From assembly GCF_009914755.1 (NCBI RefSeq), contig NC_060926.1: DNA of 64,000 nt; one strand, 5' to 3'. Below are positions 26,355 through 39,683 of the stretch, in pieces. Below the pieces are notes generated by a model. It was not told where the DNA came from. It did not search any database and was given only the letters and a program-made list of their open reading frames with translations. Position 1 is the stretch's first letter. Each line of letters begins with the position of its first letter. The stretch comes from the human T2T-CHM13v2.0 reference genome, Homo sapiens. Both the position numbers and the translations under genes were made by a program.

Positions 26355-26890
26355 AAATTACACTAATATTTCATGTTCCCTATAGAGCAGGCTATTTTGG
26401 AAAAAATAAGAAAGCTCAATATCAGACAGTATTTTGGCTGAGTCTACCTACTGTCAGCTTTTGGTAAACAGTAAAATGAGAGTGTTTTTCTGTCAGTCCT
26501 AGTGGTTGGCTATGGCTTTGTTGATAGGCTTTGAGTAATGTCAGAAAAGGTCACCATTTCCCGCAAATTATTTTTCAAAACTGTTCTGTGACTCCAGAAA
26601 TCCATACTATATACTTGGATACATAACTAGCATACATATCCAGTGGTTACTCATTAAATGTTAAGTGACTAAATCAGGCAAATATTATATAACAAGTGAT
26701 GCATTACTGTGGTATTGGTTATTAACCCTTAATTCATGAAACTTTAAAGATACCTCTGTAAATATATTACATACTAGACTATTACGTTATTTCTCCTGAG
26801 AAGAGGCAAATAGAGTAAAAAGAATGAAACACTAGAGTAATGGAAGTCTAACAGGAGGTCTTTTCAAACCTGAAATGTGTAATAAGAGTT

Positions 26891-27349
26891 TGTTGGCATT
26901 TAGAACAAAATATGACACCTTGGCAGACTGAGTACTTTAAGCTGAAGGAAGTTTAGAAATCACAATGTAAGAAGGCCTCTGTCTGAATTTCCCCCTCCAT
27001 TTTCTCCTGAAGACCTTCATATGATAGGTATCTTGCCCTGCACCCTAATGGAAAGAATGTCACAGGGAACACCCAGAAGAATCTAAATGAATGGGTTTCA
27101 CAACATTTTCTCCATTTTATTATCCTAAACTGGATCGTACCCATCTATTTTTCAATCATATTTCTGCATGACTGTCCATAAAAGTACAGTTTATCCTGGG
27201 TCTTTGGATCTTCGTTTCTGGAGTCTCCCATGCATATCACATAAAACTTATATTAAATACATTTTTATGCTCTCGTTAATCTTTGTTGTGGAATGTCAGT
27301 CATGAACCTTATGATGGGAGAAGAAATTACTCTTTTTTTTCCTCCTACA
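26891..27349 (+). mobile_element. MER34/MER39-group ERV1 solo LTR
   Basis: TGTTGG...AAAATATGACACCTTGGCAGACTGAGTACTTTAAGCTGAAGG start; ends ...CCTCCTACA. Confidence 0.75.
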
Positions 27350-27822
27350 GTTTAAAGTGTTCTAAAGTAAATGAAAAAGTTTAAAAGCAAATAGATCGAT
27401 ACCAAGATACATTTAGGTACTTAACAATTTGAATTTAGAATGAAATTTACCACTCACAAATGTTTGAATATCAATTAAAAAATATACTAAATATACAAAA
27501 AAATCTAACCCAGTGCAAAGTGATAGGAAAATTCATAGAAGTCATTTAGTGGATTCCAAAAATAGAGAACTTTAGCAGAACCATTCAATCCAAGGCCCTG
27601 CACATATTCCATCTAAACAGAATCTGCTCTGCAATTTGTCTTTCTGGGTATCTTTAAGGTAAGAAATCTGCCTATGCTGAGTCCATAGTTCCTGGACATT
27701 TGTACACTTCTTAAGGTTGTATGAAGAACCTTCTCCAAAGTCACCCATGGAAGATTTCACAGGTAATCTACTGGCCTTACCACTTCACAGCATTGTAAAT
27801 GGCAATAAAAATAAAATAAAAT

Positions 27823-28390
27823 AATATTAGTTATCTATTGATCTGCAACAAATTAGCTTCAAATTTAGCAATTGAAAAAAATAAATATTTATTATATTAC
27901 AGTTTCTGTAGGTCAGGAACTCTCACATGGCATGGATTAGCTGGGTGCTTCTGGTTTAAGAACTCTTATGAAACTATGGTCAAGCTGTCAGCTGGGGCTA
28001 TTGTCTTATCTGAAAGCTCAGCTGGATAAAATTCATTTCCACACTCATTCACACGGCATTTGGCAGGCCTTAAGTCCTCATTGTCTGTTGTCTGTAGACA
28101 TTTCGTTTTTGCCCAGTGGATCTCTTTAAAGGACTGTACATAACATGCAGCTTGTTTCTCCAAGAGAGAGGAATTCAAGAAACAGAGGAAGAAAGCCTCC
28201 AAGGCAGAAGCCACAGTCTTTTTATAACCTAATTAGATAATTAACATCTCACAACTTCTGACATTGTTTATTCATTAAAAATTAGTTACTAAACCCCAAT
28301 CCAACCCACACTCCTGAGGAGGGGATAACACAAAAGGCATAAACACAAGGTTTAAATAATCGAGGACTGTCTCACAGTCAGCCTACCATA
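27823..28390 (-). mobile_element. MLT1F-like MaLR LTR
   Basis: tattagttatctattg...cagtttctgtaggtcaggaa...ttagctgggtgcttctgg...gcctaccata. Confidence 0.82.
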
Positions 28391-29774
28391 CTCAGAAGCA
28401 ACACAACATGAAATACTAGGCTATTATTTAAATCATACCTTTGTTAGTGGGCTTTTATGCTTTAAACACTTAAGAAGATGAATACTATATATAGATTTTG
28501 AAAACTACTTTTGGGGTGTACAAATATCTTCACCTTTTTTTTCTGTTCACTTGGAAAAACTTCCATGTGTAAAGAGCCTGGCATACTGCAATCAGAGCAT
28601 TTTATCATGACTTTCCAAAAGAAATTACCTCTAAATTATGCAAATTGTCTTAATCAACTGGATAAATATGAGCATGAACAAAACACAAAGTGTTCTTGAA
28701 AATTCATTGATATGCACGTCATCGTATTCATCATTCTTATTGTTAGTGAATGGCCTGTGAGAGTCCTAGGAAAACATGGGTTCTCTGTTTCAGTTTCTGT
28801 TCTCTGTTATATCTATTCTTTGTTGTTTTATTATTGTTGTTGTCAATTTGACAACAATATGCATAAAGCCATGAAAAAATAAGTGGGTGTAATATGGTTT
28901 GTTGACTGATAATTATATTATATAGTTTTGTAGTTTTACTGAAAAGAGATTGACCTAATTTTCTGTTTCTTTCTATTATAACTAGAAGCACACATATATA
29001 TGTACATAGACAAAAAGGAAAATAAAAGAAAAACACCCTGAAAGAGCAACCTCAATACTCATAAAAAGCTACTTTTAAAATCAGGAAAAAATATAGTGAC
29101 AAAACAAAAACGGAAAATATTATTTTGGTCTTATAAACTGTATAAAAATAATCATTGAAACTAAAACATATGTTATGTGTGGTTTTATTATTATCCCCAA
29201 ATCAACAAGAATGTGAAATTCTTGAGAGCAGTGTTCAAAAATGTTATTTGTGTAATGTTCTCCCTCTCATCTTAGTGTTTTATCCAAAAATAAGCCATCA
29301 AATGATGATTAATTCTAACATTTATTTTTAAATGCCCTCTCTTATGCATCTAAATATACTTCTGAGAGAAATCAGAAGATAATCTCATCTCTGCTTCTCA
29401 TTATATTTCCCCAGTGCTTACAGATTTTACTGAAACCTCTGAATGTCTGTTTTCATTCACTTTTAAAGATTTCATTATTATCTACAGACTACATTTTGGA
29501 AATCTATATCTATTATAACTATTTTTTTTCTGAAAATAGTTGATTTCTGATATTTTTATTTTAAACAATATTTTTATACAAAGCCTTTTATTTTATATAA
29601 AAATATTTTTTACAAAAGAAACCCAAAATGTTCCCAAATATATACTTTCTCACAAAACACAAAATTTCCAAATATTTAGTCATTTTTCATGGAGGCTATT
29701 TCACAACTTGTTCTTATCTTTCTATAATTCCTATCTAATTACTTCATAGCATAACATTAAGATTAACATGTTCT

Positions 29775-30102
<328 letters not shown>

Positions 30103-31738
30103 TTAAAAGTTTGCATACATTCCTGGTTCTGAAAGAGAATTCTAACTGCATACAGTATTCTAATAGCTGTAGCCTGATATAATATTACCTGACAACAATA
30201 TTCCTACATATGGTAGCCATGACAGAAATGAATAAATCCAAGTTTAAGAGGTAAAACTTGGAACAAAGAGAGGGGAAGAATGAGGCTAGAGAGGATTTAT
30301 TAATCGCTCTAAGGTTTCTATATGGCTGGCTTAAAAATCATGTTCCTTCTACCAGGGTCATGCACTTACATAACAAAATCATTTCTCCTTTTGGCAAAGC
30401 TTTCACATGGGTCTCTCATGAAGTAGCCATCATGTGACACTATTGTATCTTATGTATTACATAGACTGACAGTATATTCAGGAATACCGCCCTTGTTCAG
30501 CAAATTTTGCTCAGATCTCAGCACTGTGTAAATTACCTGTGCATCTGAAAATTACTAGCATTGGTTCTTACTTCTTGGGAGTGTGTTTTTTTATGTGGAT
30601 TTTGACAAAGTATTTGCCCTTAGAAAAATCTGTTCTTCCCTAGTCTGAGGATTATATTGAGTATTTCAATTACTCAAATATTAAAGCAAATAAAGGTGAT
30701 GGATTTTAAATCAAATTTATATATAAATTATAGCCATATACATAATTCTTTTTTCTCTCTCTGAAACTGTATTGGACAACGCAATAATTTATAAAGTGAG
30801 AAAATGGCAATGCAAAGTGAAAATAATAGCAGTAAACTTATAGAAAAGAATTTATGAAATACTGCATGCTTTGAAATGGTTCATGAGTACATATTTTCTG
30901 TGAAAGATCAATTTGGATTTTGAAAAAATTAAAAAATGAATCCAAAGAGACATGATAAATACAGTTATCGACTCATTTGTTCAGCAATTTGCAGTTATCC
31001 AACAGGATTTATCCAGTGCTTCCTATTTTTGCTGGGTTGTGCTAAGCTGGCTACAGAAAAAAGAGAGTGTTCTTAAGCTTGTGAGATAAAGAGACAATAT
31101 TGTCTTTATCTTAGAACAATTCCCAACTTTATAGACAAGTAACGTGGGACCTTTAGCAACTAGAGGTTGTCTTAGATTCTAAGACCTCGCCCCACTTGGG
31201 GCTTGGTCATAAGCACAGAAATGGAAACTAGGATTTTAACAAATTTCACAGTGGTTTCAAGACTGTGGTCTTAGTTTCTGTGAGATAGGCCACTGGCCCA
31301 TAGATTCCCTGCTGGAACCAATGCGATCATGGAAAGGGTCATGCCTAATCACTGCAGCATGTTCTTGCCCAACTCTTATGCGCCCCACCAACCACTCAGC
31401 TAAGAAAATAGAAATTAAACAACCCAAATATTCAAGCTCCAAAGCAGTGACTTATTACCAGGGGTGCAGCAGAACAAGCAGAGGGTAGTAGCACTAACCA
31501 CCTGTAGCATCCCAGGAACAAGGACCATATTGATCTCAAGATGGCACTGACAGTTTTGGCATCCTCTCTGAGGGTGCAGATGGCTGGCTGAAGTTGTGCT
31601 GGGAGGGACAGTTCTGAATTTATGATCAGGCTTTTCTTGGGCCTTTAAATCCAGTAGCTTGTTTGAAGAAGAATGCAAAGACTTGAATGGGGTCTCATAG
31701 CATCATTTGAACAAGAAGGATGTGATTGTGGCATCATG

Positions 31739-31812
31739 TATTTATAGCCTTTCCACCCTCCCCGCCTCAGAAATGGCTTTCATTCCACTTACCACTGAGG
31801 GCAGGGCGGGTT
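31739..31812 (-). promoter_or_regulatory. Candidate core promoter/enhancer motif cluster
   Basis: TATAAATA on minus (31739-31746) with upstream CCACCC/CCCCGCC (31753-31766), CATTCC (31781-31786) and GGGCGGG (~31804-31810) in a GC-elevated segment. Confidence 0.3.
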
Positions 31813-33293
31813 TGCTACATCAGAACCAGGGACCCACATTTGACAGATGTTTTTAAATATAGACCTAACTCACTTTAAGTGAACTGTTTTGGATCAACTA
31901 TTGCTCTACATTGCTTTCCTAACACCAAACAAAAGCTGAAGACTGATAATGAACTTTTTAAAATCAATTTTCTTAACTCAATGTATTAAAAACTAAATAT
32001 TTCTAAATTTCTCATGATCACACTTGCTTGAGGCTGCTACAGCTTTGTTGCTTTGAAGTATGCCTGGCCTGAATTCTAAGTAATGACTCCACAAGACAGA
32101 TTGCTTCATCTGGCATATTTTCATCTATATTTGGAGTTGATTTCTTACATGGATGATGTAAGAGTTACATAAAATAATGTACATAAAGTGCTTAGCACAA
32201 TGACCTGCATATAGTAAATGGTCATTACATGTTTCATAAATGATAATTGAAAGAGATTATTTAGGAAATATCTCTGGACATGCATTGATATAAATTTTAA
32301 TATGTTTGTACAGAAAAAGCCTACACCTGGTACTTTCACTCTAAAAAGTTCTCTCTGCAAGCTGAAGAAAGTAGTTACCAGTTTTTGCTGTAGATAGCTG
32401 GCAATCCTGAGAGTGTATTTGGTCAAATGTGGTGCCTGATGTCTGTGCCCTCTGTGAGTGAAGGCACACTGAAGAGCATTTTTCACTTCTCTAAACCTCA
32501 GAAAGTCCTGACTGGGCTGTCAAAATGGTCTTTAATAAAAGGGGAAGTGGCAGGATTGTGTATATGTAGCCTAATAGAGCATTTTATCTTACAGCACTCA
32601 AAGTGTTTCACAATAAATCCTTTCTCATCATGTAACAACAAACCTATGTAGTTCCCTGTAGTTCAACAAAAAGAAGCCAAATAACAGGCTTCATTTTTAA
32701 AAGTATAGGTTGTATCTGGTAGGATTTTCAGCCTATAGGAAACTCATGTTTGATTTGTTGAGTCAGACTTGCTTGGAAATATTTTGAGATTTTCTCACAG
32801 AGTTATCTGAATAAATTATCTCTTATTAATGTCATTGACTTTAGGACAAAACAACTTTATATACTGTTAAAACTTTACACAATACACATAATTGGCATAT
32901 GCTCTCTAAAAGTTTTATTCCTAGAGCTAAGATTTACAAAACTACAACCTTGGTTAGAAGCAAACTTGTTTTGTTTTGTTTTAGACCGTGGGCAATATAA
33001 CTATTTGGGGTACATTAATTATAAATATTTAATAGTAAAAGATAAATTATGAGATAACAGACAAGTAACCTAAAAGGGCAAAGCTAAGATTAAGAGGTAA
33101 AAATTTTTATTTTCTCATTGAAAAACAAGAAATGCAAAGGAGTCTACATGCTAGGACAAAAAAAGGTTTATCTGCTTCTCTTTCATTTCCTCCTACTTTT
33201 TGTTTCTATCCATATTTAAAAACACTAAAAATAAAGGTAAGGAGTTTCACTTTTAGAATTATCTAGCTACTAGCACCAATAATACTAACCTAG

Positions 33294-33453
33294 AGCTGGG
33301 AACAGTGGTTCATGCCCATAATCCCAATGCTTTGGCGGGCCAAGGCAGGAGGATTGCTTGAGCCCAGGAATTTGAGGCTACAGTGAGCTATGACCATACC
33401 ACTTCCAGCCTGGGTGAAAGAGTGAGACCCTGTCTCTAAAAAAAAAATTAAAA
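33294..33453 (+). mobile_element. FRAM / old Alu monomer
   Basis: Single monomer with ggaggattgcttgagcccagga...gtgagaccctgtctc plus A tail. Confidence 0.85.
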
Positions 33454-33769
33454 ATATATTAGTCTAATATATTCCCTTTAATTATGCACTTCATGTAAGA
33501 TACTATTTTTCAACTGAAAACTGGAGGTCCTATAAAAAATATTTACCTGTCAAAAATGTCAGGCACACCTATCACAGTCAGAATTTGGTTAGATAGCCAG
33601 CAGCCAGTTGTACATTCAGCAGCTAGTATTTTGCTTTTGTCTCTAATTTTCATTGGTATTATCATGTATCTGATATGATGTCCTTACCTTTTTCTCTGGC
33701 TATATTTTCACTTGTTTTCACACAACCTTCTCAAGCCTCTCTAGTTATCAACCTTTTCTTTCTATCATT

Positions 33770-34086
33770 TTTTTTATTTTATTTTTGAGACGGAGTCTCA
33801 CTCTGCCACCCAGGCTGGAGTGCAGTGGCACAATCTCGGGTTCACTGCAACCTCCGCCTCCCGGGTCCAAGCGATTCTCCTGCCTTAGCGTCAGGAGCAG
33901 CCGGGTTTACAGGCACGCACCACCACGCCCGGCTACTGTTTTTTTTTTTGTTTTTTTTTTTGTATTTTTAGTAAAGATGGGGTTTCACCGTGTTAGCCAG
34001 GATGGTCTCGATCTCCTGACTTCATGATCCGCCCGCCTTGGCCTCCCAAAGTGCTGGGATTACAGGCGTGAGCCACCGCACAGGCC
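33770..34086 (-). mobile_element. AluSc/Y-like full-length Alu with expanded linker
   Basis: gttagccaggatggtctcgatctcctgac; TSD TCTATCATT at 33761 and 34087. Confidence 0.95.
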
Positions 34087-34372
34087 TCTATCATTCTTAA
34101 ATAATTACCAACACTAATTGTCACAATTTGGCAACTTGGTGTTCACTATTTAATCTGATGCAAGGTTAATTCAGTTTCACTAATTAGCACCTTAGTGTTG
34201 TAGCCACTGAGATTTTCCAGAATTTCACATTTGATAATGAACTACATCCATCCTTGAAAAGTATTTTTACCATGCTTCTCATTTTCTTTGTATCTCTGAC
34301 TCCATTGGCCACTTATACTCGATTTTTCGTCTTAAATGAGTATCAGAGTTCTATCTTCATTTCATTGTTTAA

Positions 34373-34603
34373 ATATATATATGTATATATACACATATAT
34401 GTGTATATATACACATATATGTGTATATACACATATATATGTATATATACACATATATATGTATATATACACATATATATGCGTATATACATATATATGT
34501 GTATATATACACATATATGTGTATATATACACATATATATGTATATACGCATATATATGTGTATATATACACATATATATGTGTATATATACATATATAT
34601 GTG

Positions 34604-34637
<34 letters not shown>

Positions 34638-34644
34638 TATACAC
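34373..34644. repeat. Compound purine-pyrimidine (TA/CA/TG) minisatellite, ~20-bp palindromic unit
   Basis: Repeated ATATGTGTATATATACACAT; source of the spurious Y/I/H/T-rich ORFs. Confidence 0.95.
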
Positions 34645-35227
34645 TTCCAGATGCCAAAGGTTGAATACAGAATGATGAAGTTCAGAGTTAGTCTCTGACA
34701 TACATTTCAGGGGAGGACACATCAGATAAATCCTTTAAAGCTGAAAGACCTGGGACTACCTGGAATGTTGTTGGTTAGCTGTTGATTCCTGTGTTTGCCT
34801 GTTGATTAAACACTGTGCTGATTGGAGGTAGTCAGCTGTGCACATTAGGTGCGTGTTTTGATATTATGGCATTGAGGTGCTTCTGCTGAGTATATGATGT
34901 CCCTGTCTTGGAATTAGGTTGCTCAGTCATGTCTGCATTGGCGTTAGCAGGTTGTAGCAGGATTTCCTCACACTAAATCATTCTTCACAGGTAATTTTAT
35001 CTATTCGTATGAGTTTGATAACACACCGTTTTGAATCTATCCAAATCTATGAATGACAGATGATCAGTTTCTATGAAGTACAGATCAGAAGTTCTTACTC
35101 CCACCAGGACACTTCTATCAGAAACTCCCAGAAGATAAAAAGACAACATATCCAAAATTGAGCTAATATGTTATGCTTTTAACTTACTGTCTTTTTTTAA
35201 GCCATAATGGCTAAACCTCATAATAAT

Positions 35228-36725
35228 TTCTTTAAAAACTACCTTGATTGAGTCATAATTTATATAGGATATAAAAGCCTGTTTTATATCTATCGGTTTT
35301 GACAAGATATACAATGGTGTAACTGCTACCACACACAATGTATGAAATATTTTTATCACTCTAAAATGTTTCCTTAACCACCTGCACACACAGCTCCACT
35401 CTCCTCGGATCCCAGGCAAACATTGATCTTCTTTTTCACTATATGTTAGTTTCCTTCATTTCAAACTTCATAAAAATGGAATCATAAAGTATGTACTGTT
35501 TTGCACCTATCATCTTTTGAAATCTGTGTTGTGGTAGGTATCAGCAGCTCTTCCATTTAATGTTGAGTAGTTTTATTGTACAGTTACACTAAAATGTGTT
35601 TATTCATTCACCTGTTAAATGGAAAAATAGCCAATTATAAATAAAACTGTTGTGAAGTTTCCTGTACGAGCCTCAGTGTAGATACCTATATGTTTTCATT
35701 TATTTTGCATCAATGCCTAGGAGTGGACTGGTGAATCAATTCTGCTCAAAGGTATGTTTAACTTTATGAAAACTGACAAACTATTTTCCAAAGAGGTCTT
35801 ACCACTTAACTTGCTGCCAGCAGTTTGTGAGAATGTCAGTTACTCCACATCTTACCCCATACTTGGTGTTATCAGTCTTTTAAATTTTAGCCCTTCTAGT
35901 TGGTACATAATATTATCTTATTGTGGCTTTAATTTGGGTTTCACAGATGACTAATAATGGTGAGTTTGTTTTAATTGCTGTATGCTCACACATCATTCTT
36001 CTAGATTGTCTTTTCAATAGTTTTTGCCCAATTTTATTGAATTGTCATTCTATTATTAAGATATAAAATCACAATATGTTCAGATATAATTATCTTTTCA
36101 TAGATTCTTTTTTAAACTTACTGAACTTTATCATTTTAAAAATTATGGACTGTGATTTTATGTCAAGTCTAAACACTCCATATGCTTTTTTTTTTTTAAT
36201 TTATGGTGGCTAAAACTTTGAGTACAATGTTGAAGAGGTATGGTAACAAAGGATAAATCAACCTTGATTCTGATCTTAGGGGGAAAGCAACTTTTTTCTT
36301 TTATCATTAATTATATTTACTACAGGTATTTGGAAGTTTCTTTTTTTATTATTGATTGAGGAAGTTCCCCTCTGTTTTCAGTTTACTGAAAGTTTTGTCA
36401 TGAATCAGTGTTGGATTTGATCACATGATTTTTCTCTATCAGTTTATATTATCATATGTTTTCTTCTTTAGCACGTTTATGATGATTGGTTTTTGAACGT
36501 TAAACCAGACTTGCATAACCAGAACAAATATCATTTGGTCTACTCTGTAATTCTCATTATATATTACTGGACTCTATTTACTAATATTTTGTTAAGGATA
36601 ATTGCATCTATGTTAATGAGAGATATTGGTCTGTTTTTTTCTTTCTTACCATGATTTAATCTGATTTTAGTATTAGGGTAACTCTGTCCCTATAAAATGA
36701 ATTAGGAAGTGTTTCCTCTATTTCT
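35228..36725 (-). mobile_element. Old L1M (3' end plus ORF2 fragments)
   Basis: tttattcattcacctgtt...gcctaggagtggact...; tgcatctatgttaatgagagatattggtctg. Confidence 0.8.
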
Positions 36726-36744
36726 AGAACTGTTTTTTTCTTTG

Positions 36745-37379
36745 GGGAACATTAAGTAGTTATCAAAACCTATAGAACTTTACAACATAAAGGGTGAACT
36801 TTAAAATATGCAACTTAAAAAAATTAATGTATCTGAGGATCACAGGAAAGAAGGCAGACCGTGATAAGAGATTCTAACTGTATTAAAAATGTATACAATA
36901 ATCTCAAGGAATTTAGGGAGGGGGAAAGTGTGCTGACTTAAGTAACTTTAGAAATGAATAGAGTCTGTTAAGACTAAAATCAAAAGGAACCATACGTAAG
37001 TAGTGTGTACTTAGGTTTTCCCACAGGGTTTAGTGATAAATCTGACACTGCTATATATATGTATACTGGAATTGAATAATTAATTAAACGCATAGTGAAT
37101 TTCAGACCCCGGTATTTCACTGTTGGTGTGGAAATTCAAAGATCATAAAGGTAAGGAGGCTAGAATGACTTACGTAGCAATAGAGTCAGAACAGATGTTA
37201 AGAACTCATGTTTAACTTAATATAGATACATATGGCTATATACACTAATAGTTTTATATACATGTATGTATATGTGTATATATATACACACACATACAAG
37301 CTAGCATATATATGTGTGTATATATGTGTGTACACATATATGTGTGTGTATATATATGTGTGCACACATATATATGTGT

Positions 37380-37419
<40 letters not shown>

Positions 37420-38550
37420 CTTTTTTCTGTCAGCTGAAGAGCCCTAAAAAATGACACCCCAGTGGCAAGAAGAGCACCTGAAATGCATATCTTCCTTTCT
37501 AATACCAACCTCCAATACAATGAGTCAGGGCTTTTTGGAAAAACGAATGTTTCTAGAACTGTGGCAGGAAATATATTAGATGAACCTGAAACATACCACT
37601 GTGAAACACGGACGTACTTAAAAACAACAACAATAATAAGATAAACCAAATGTGCAAAAACAGCAACAAAAAAATTCCATTCTGGGATAGATATGTTGAA
37701 GGGGGCATAGTAACCAATTAAATGAGTTTTTCCAGTGCCAAATCTGTGACAATTTAAGCAATACCATAAATATTAGTACTGTTGGGCTATAACTCAAAGT
37801 ATTAAATAAATGTTAATGAATGCATATATACATAAATAAATGATCAATAAAATTAATAAATGGGGTAGAGAAGGCAAATCTCTCATGCAGAAGAATTCCA
37901 AATAAATTATGGAATTTTATTCACACTGAAGAAGGCCAGCACAACTCTGCACTTGCTAAGTGTGGGATATACCTAGTGATCTTCTCCTAAAGAGTATAGT
38001 AGGGAAAGGAGAAAGAAACAAGAGTAACTTTAAACTGGAAAAATCTGAGAAACACTATTTAACTCAGATATTCAAGACTAACATTAACAATCATGTTAAT
38101 GTTGAATCCTGTTGAAAATATGTATCCTTGAAATTATGTAATAAAAATGACATTTTAATGCTGTCATTTCCTCCCCTAAACCTATAATTCCAGTTTATTC
38201 ATTAAAAAAATCAGGCAAATTCCAACCTGACCAATATTCCTTAAAACTGTCAAATACACCATAAACAAGGGAGAGTCTGGGAAATGGACTCAGCCAAGAG
38301 AAACGTAAAATCACATAACAACTAAATATAATGTGCTAATCTAGGTGGGATTGTGGAACATCAAAAGGACAAAACTAAGGTAACATGAATAGACTATATA
38401 AACTTTAGTTAATAATAATATATCAATATTGCTTCATCACATGACAAATGCTCCATATTAATATAATATGTTAGTAATAGAGGAAACTGATTACAGGGGT
38501 ATATATAAGAACTATCTGTACTATCTTCTTAATTTTTCTGTTTAATAATA
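36745..38550 (+). mobile_element. L1MC/L1MD-type long 3'UTR
   Basis: tcaaaacctatagaac...gtgctgacttaagtaactttagaaatg...actttagttaataataatatatcaatattg...gaactatctgtactatctt. Confidence 0.8.
37255..37419. repeat. (TA/TG/CA)n compound microsatellite
   Basis: Alternating purine-pyrimidine tract ending in (TA)n. Confidence 0.93.
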
Positions 38551-39301
38551 AAAAATAATATGAGATTTCCTGTCTGTTTTTAAGCCAAATCCAGCCAACA
38601 TGAATCAACATAGTATACAATAGTGAATTATACTTGTATAGCAGTGAGTATAATAGTGAATAGTGAATAATACATGTTAAATGTTATAAAGACATTTATT
38701 GCTTATTATCAACATGGTTAATTCTTAAGGCATCAATATATACTTTCTGCATCTAATCTCATTTTCCCCTCAAGCCTACAGTATTACCGGACTAAAACTT
38801 TAATCAGTGCCTCAGGTAAGTTCAGCATACAGAGTTGTTTCTGCAAGTTAATTAAAAAGCAATTAAAAATAAAGTTTTATTTAACATTTTATAAAAATCA
38901 GTCACTGTAACCAAAATATGACTTGCTGAAATAATTAAAAATTGAGGCTTTAAAGAGCTACAAATAAATCTGTCTTTTTAGATGTAATGCAAATGCTTTT
39001 TTCGAAGGTATAAGTATGACTTGATTTTATTATTTCATTTACATATAAACCTATAGACTATACATTCCTTCTAAAAATCACCATAGAACCCTGAATATAT
39101 TTTTTATAAGTGATCAGGCCACTTTTGGAATAGTTATGGCACTTTGCAATTAGTAGACCATTTTTCATAAAGATAAGTAAAAACTAAATTCTAATTCTCA
39201 AAATTCAAGTAATTCATTTAAGAGTACACATTTTCACTTACAATTGTAGATATTGCATAAAACAGAAAAAAGTTTATTTTTTAAATTTATTGTTATTGTA
39301 T

Positions 39302-39683
39302 TATATTAGCTTATAAGGGCTGCCATATAAAATACCACGAACTGGGTAGCTTAAACAACAGATATTTATCTTCTCAAAGTTCTGGAGAAGATTCACTGTC
39401 AAGGTATTGGCTGGTTTCTCCTGAGGCCTCTCTCCTTGGCTAACACATAGCCAGCTTCTCTCTGTGTCCTCACTTGGCCTTTTGTCTGTGGACACATCCC
39501 TCATGGCTCTTTCCCTTCTTATGAGGATACCAGTAACATTAAATTAGGGCCCACCATTATGCATTCATTTTAACATAATTACATAACTCTTTAAAGACCT
39601 TATCTTCAAAGATAGTCATGTTGGGGGTTTGGGTTTCAACATGTGAATTTGGGTATGGGGGACACACATTGTAAAAGTTCACA
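39302..39683 (-). mobile_element. MLT1A/B-like MaLR LTR
   Basis: agggctgccatataaaataccacgaactgggtagcttaaacaacaga...ctctctccttggct...gtttcaacatgtgaattt. Confidence 0.87.

Noticed and set aside
34254-34722. Six overlapping Y/I/H/T/C-rich ORFs (also 37198-37649)
   Set aside because: Stop-free artefacts of dinucleotide repeats.
36200-38550. Twin-priming inverted L1 at the minus/plus junction ~36735
   Set aside because: No TSD found and subfamily identity of the two parts cannot be shown by eye.
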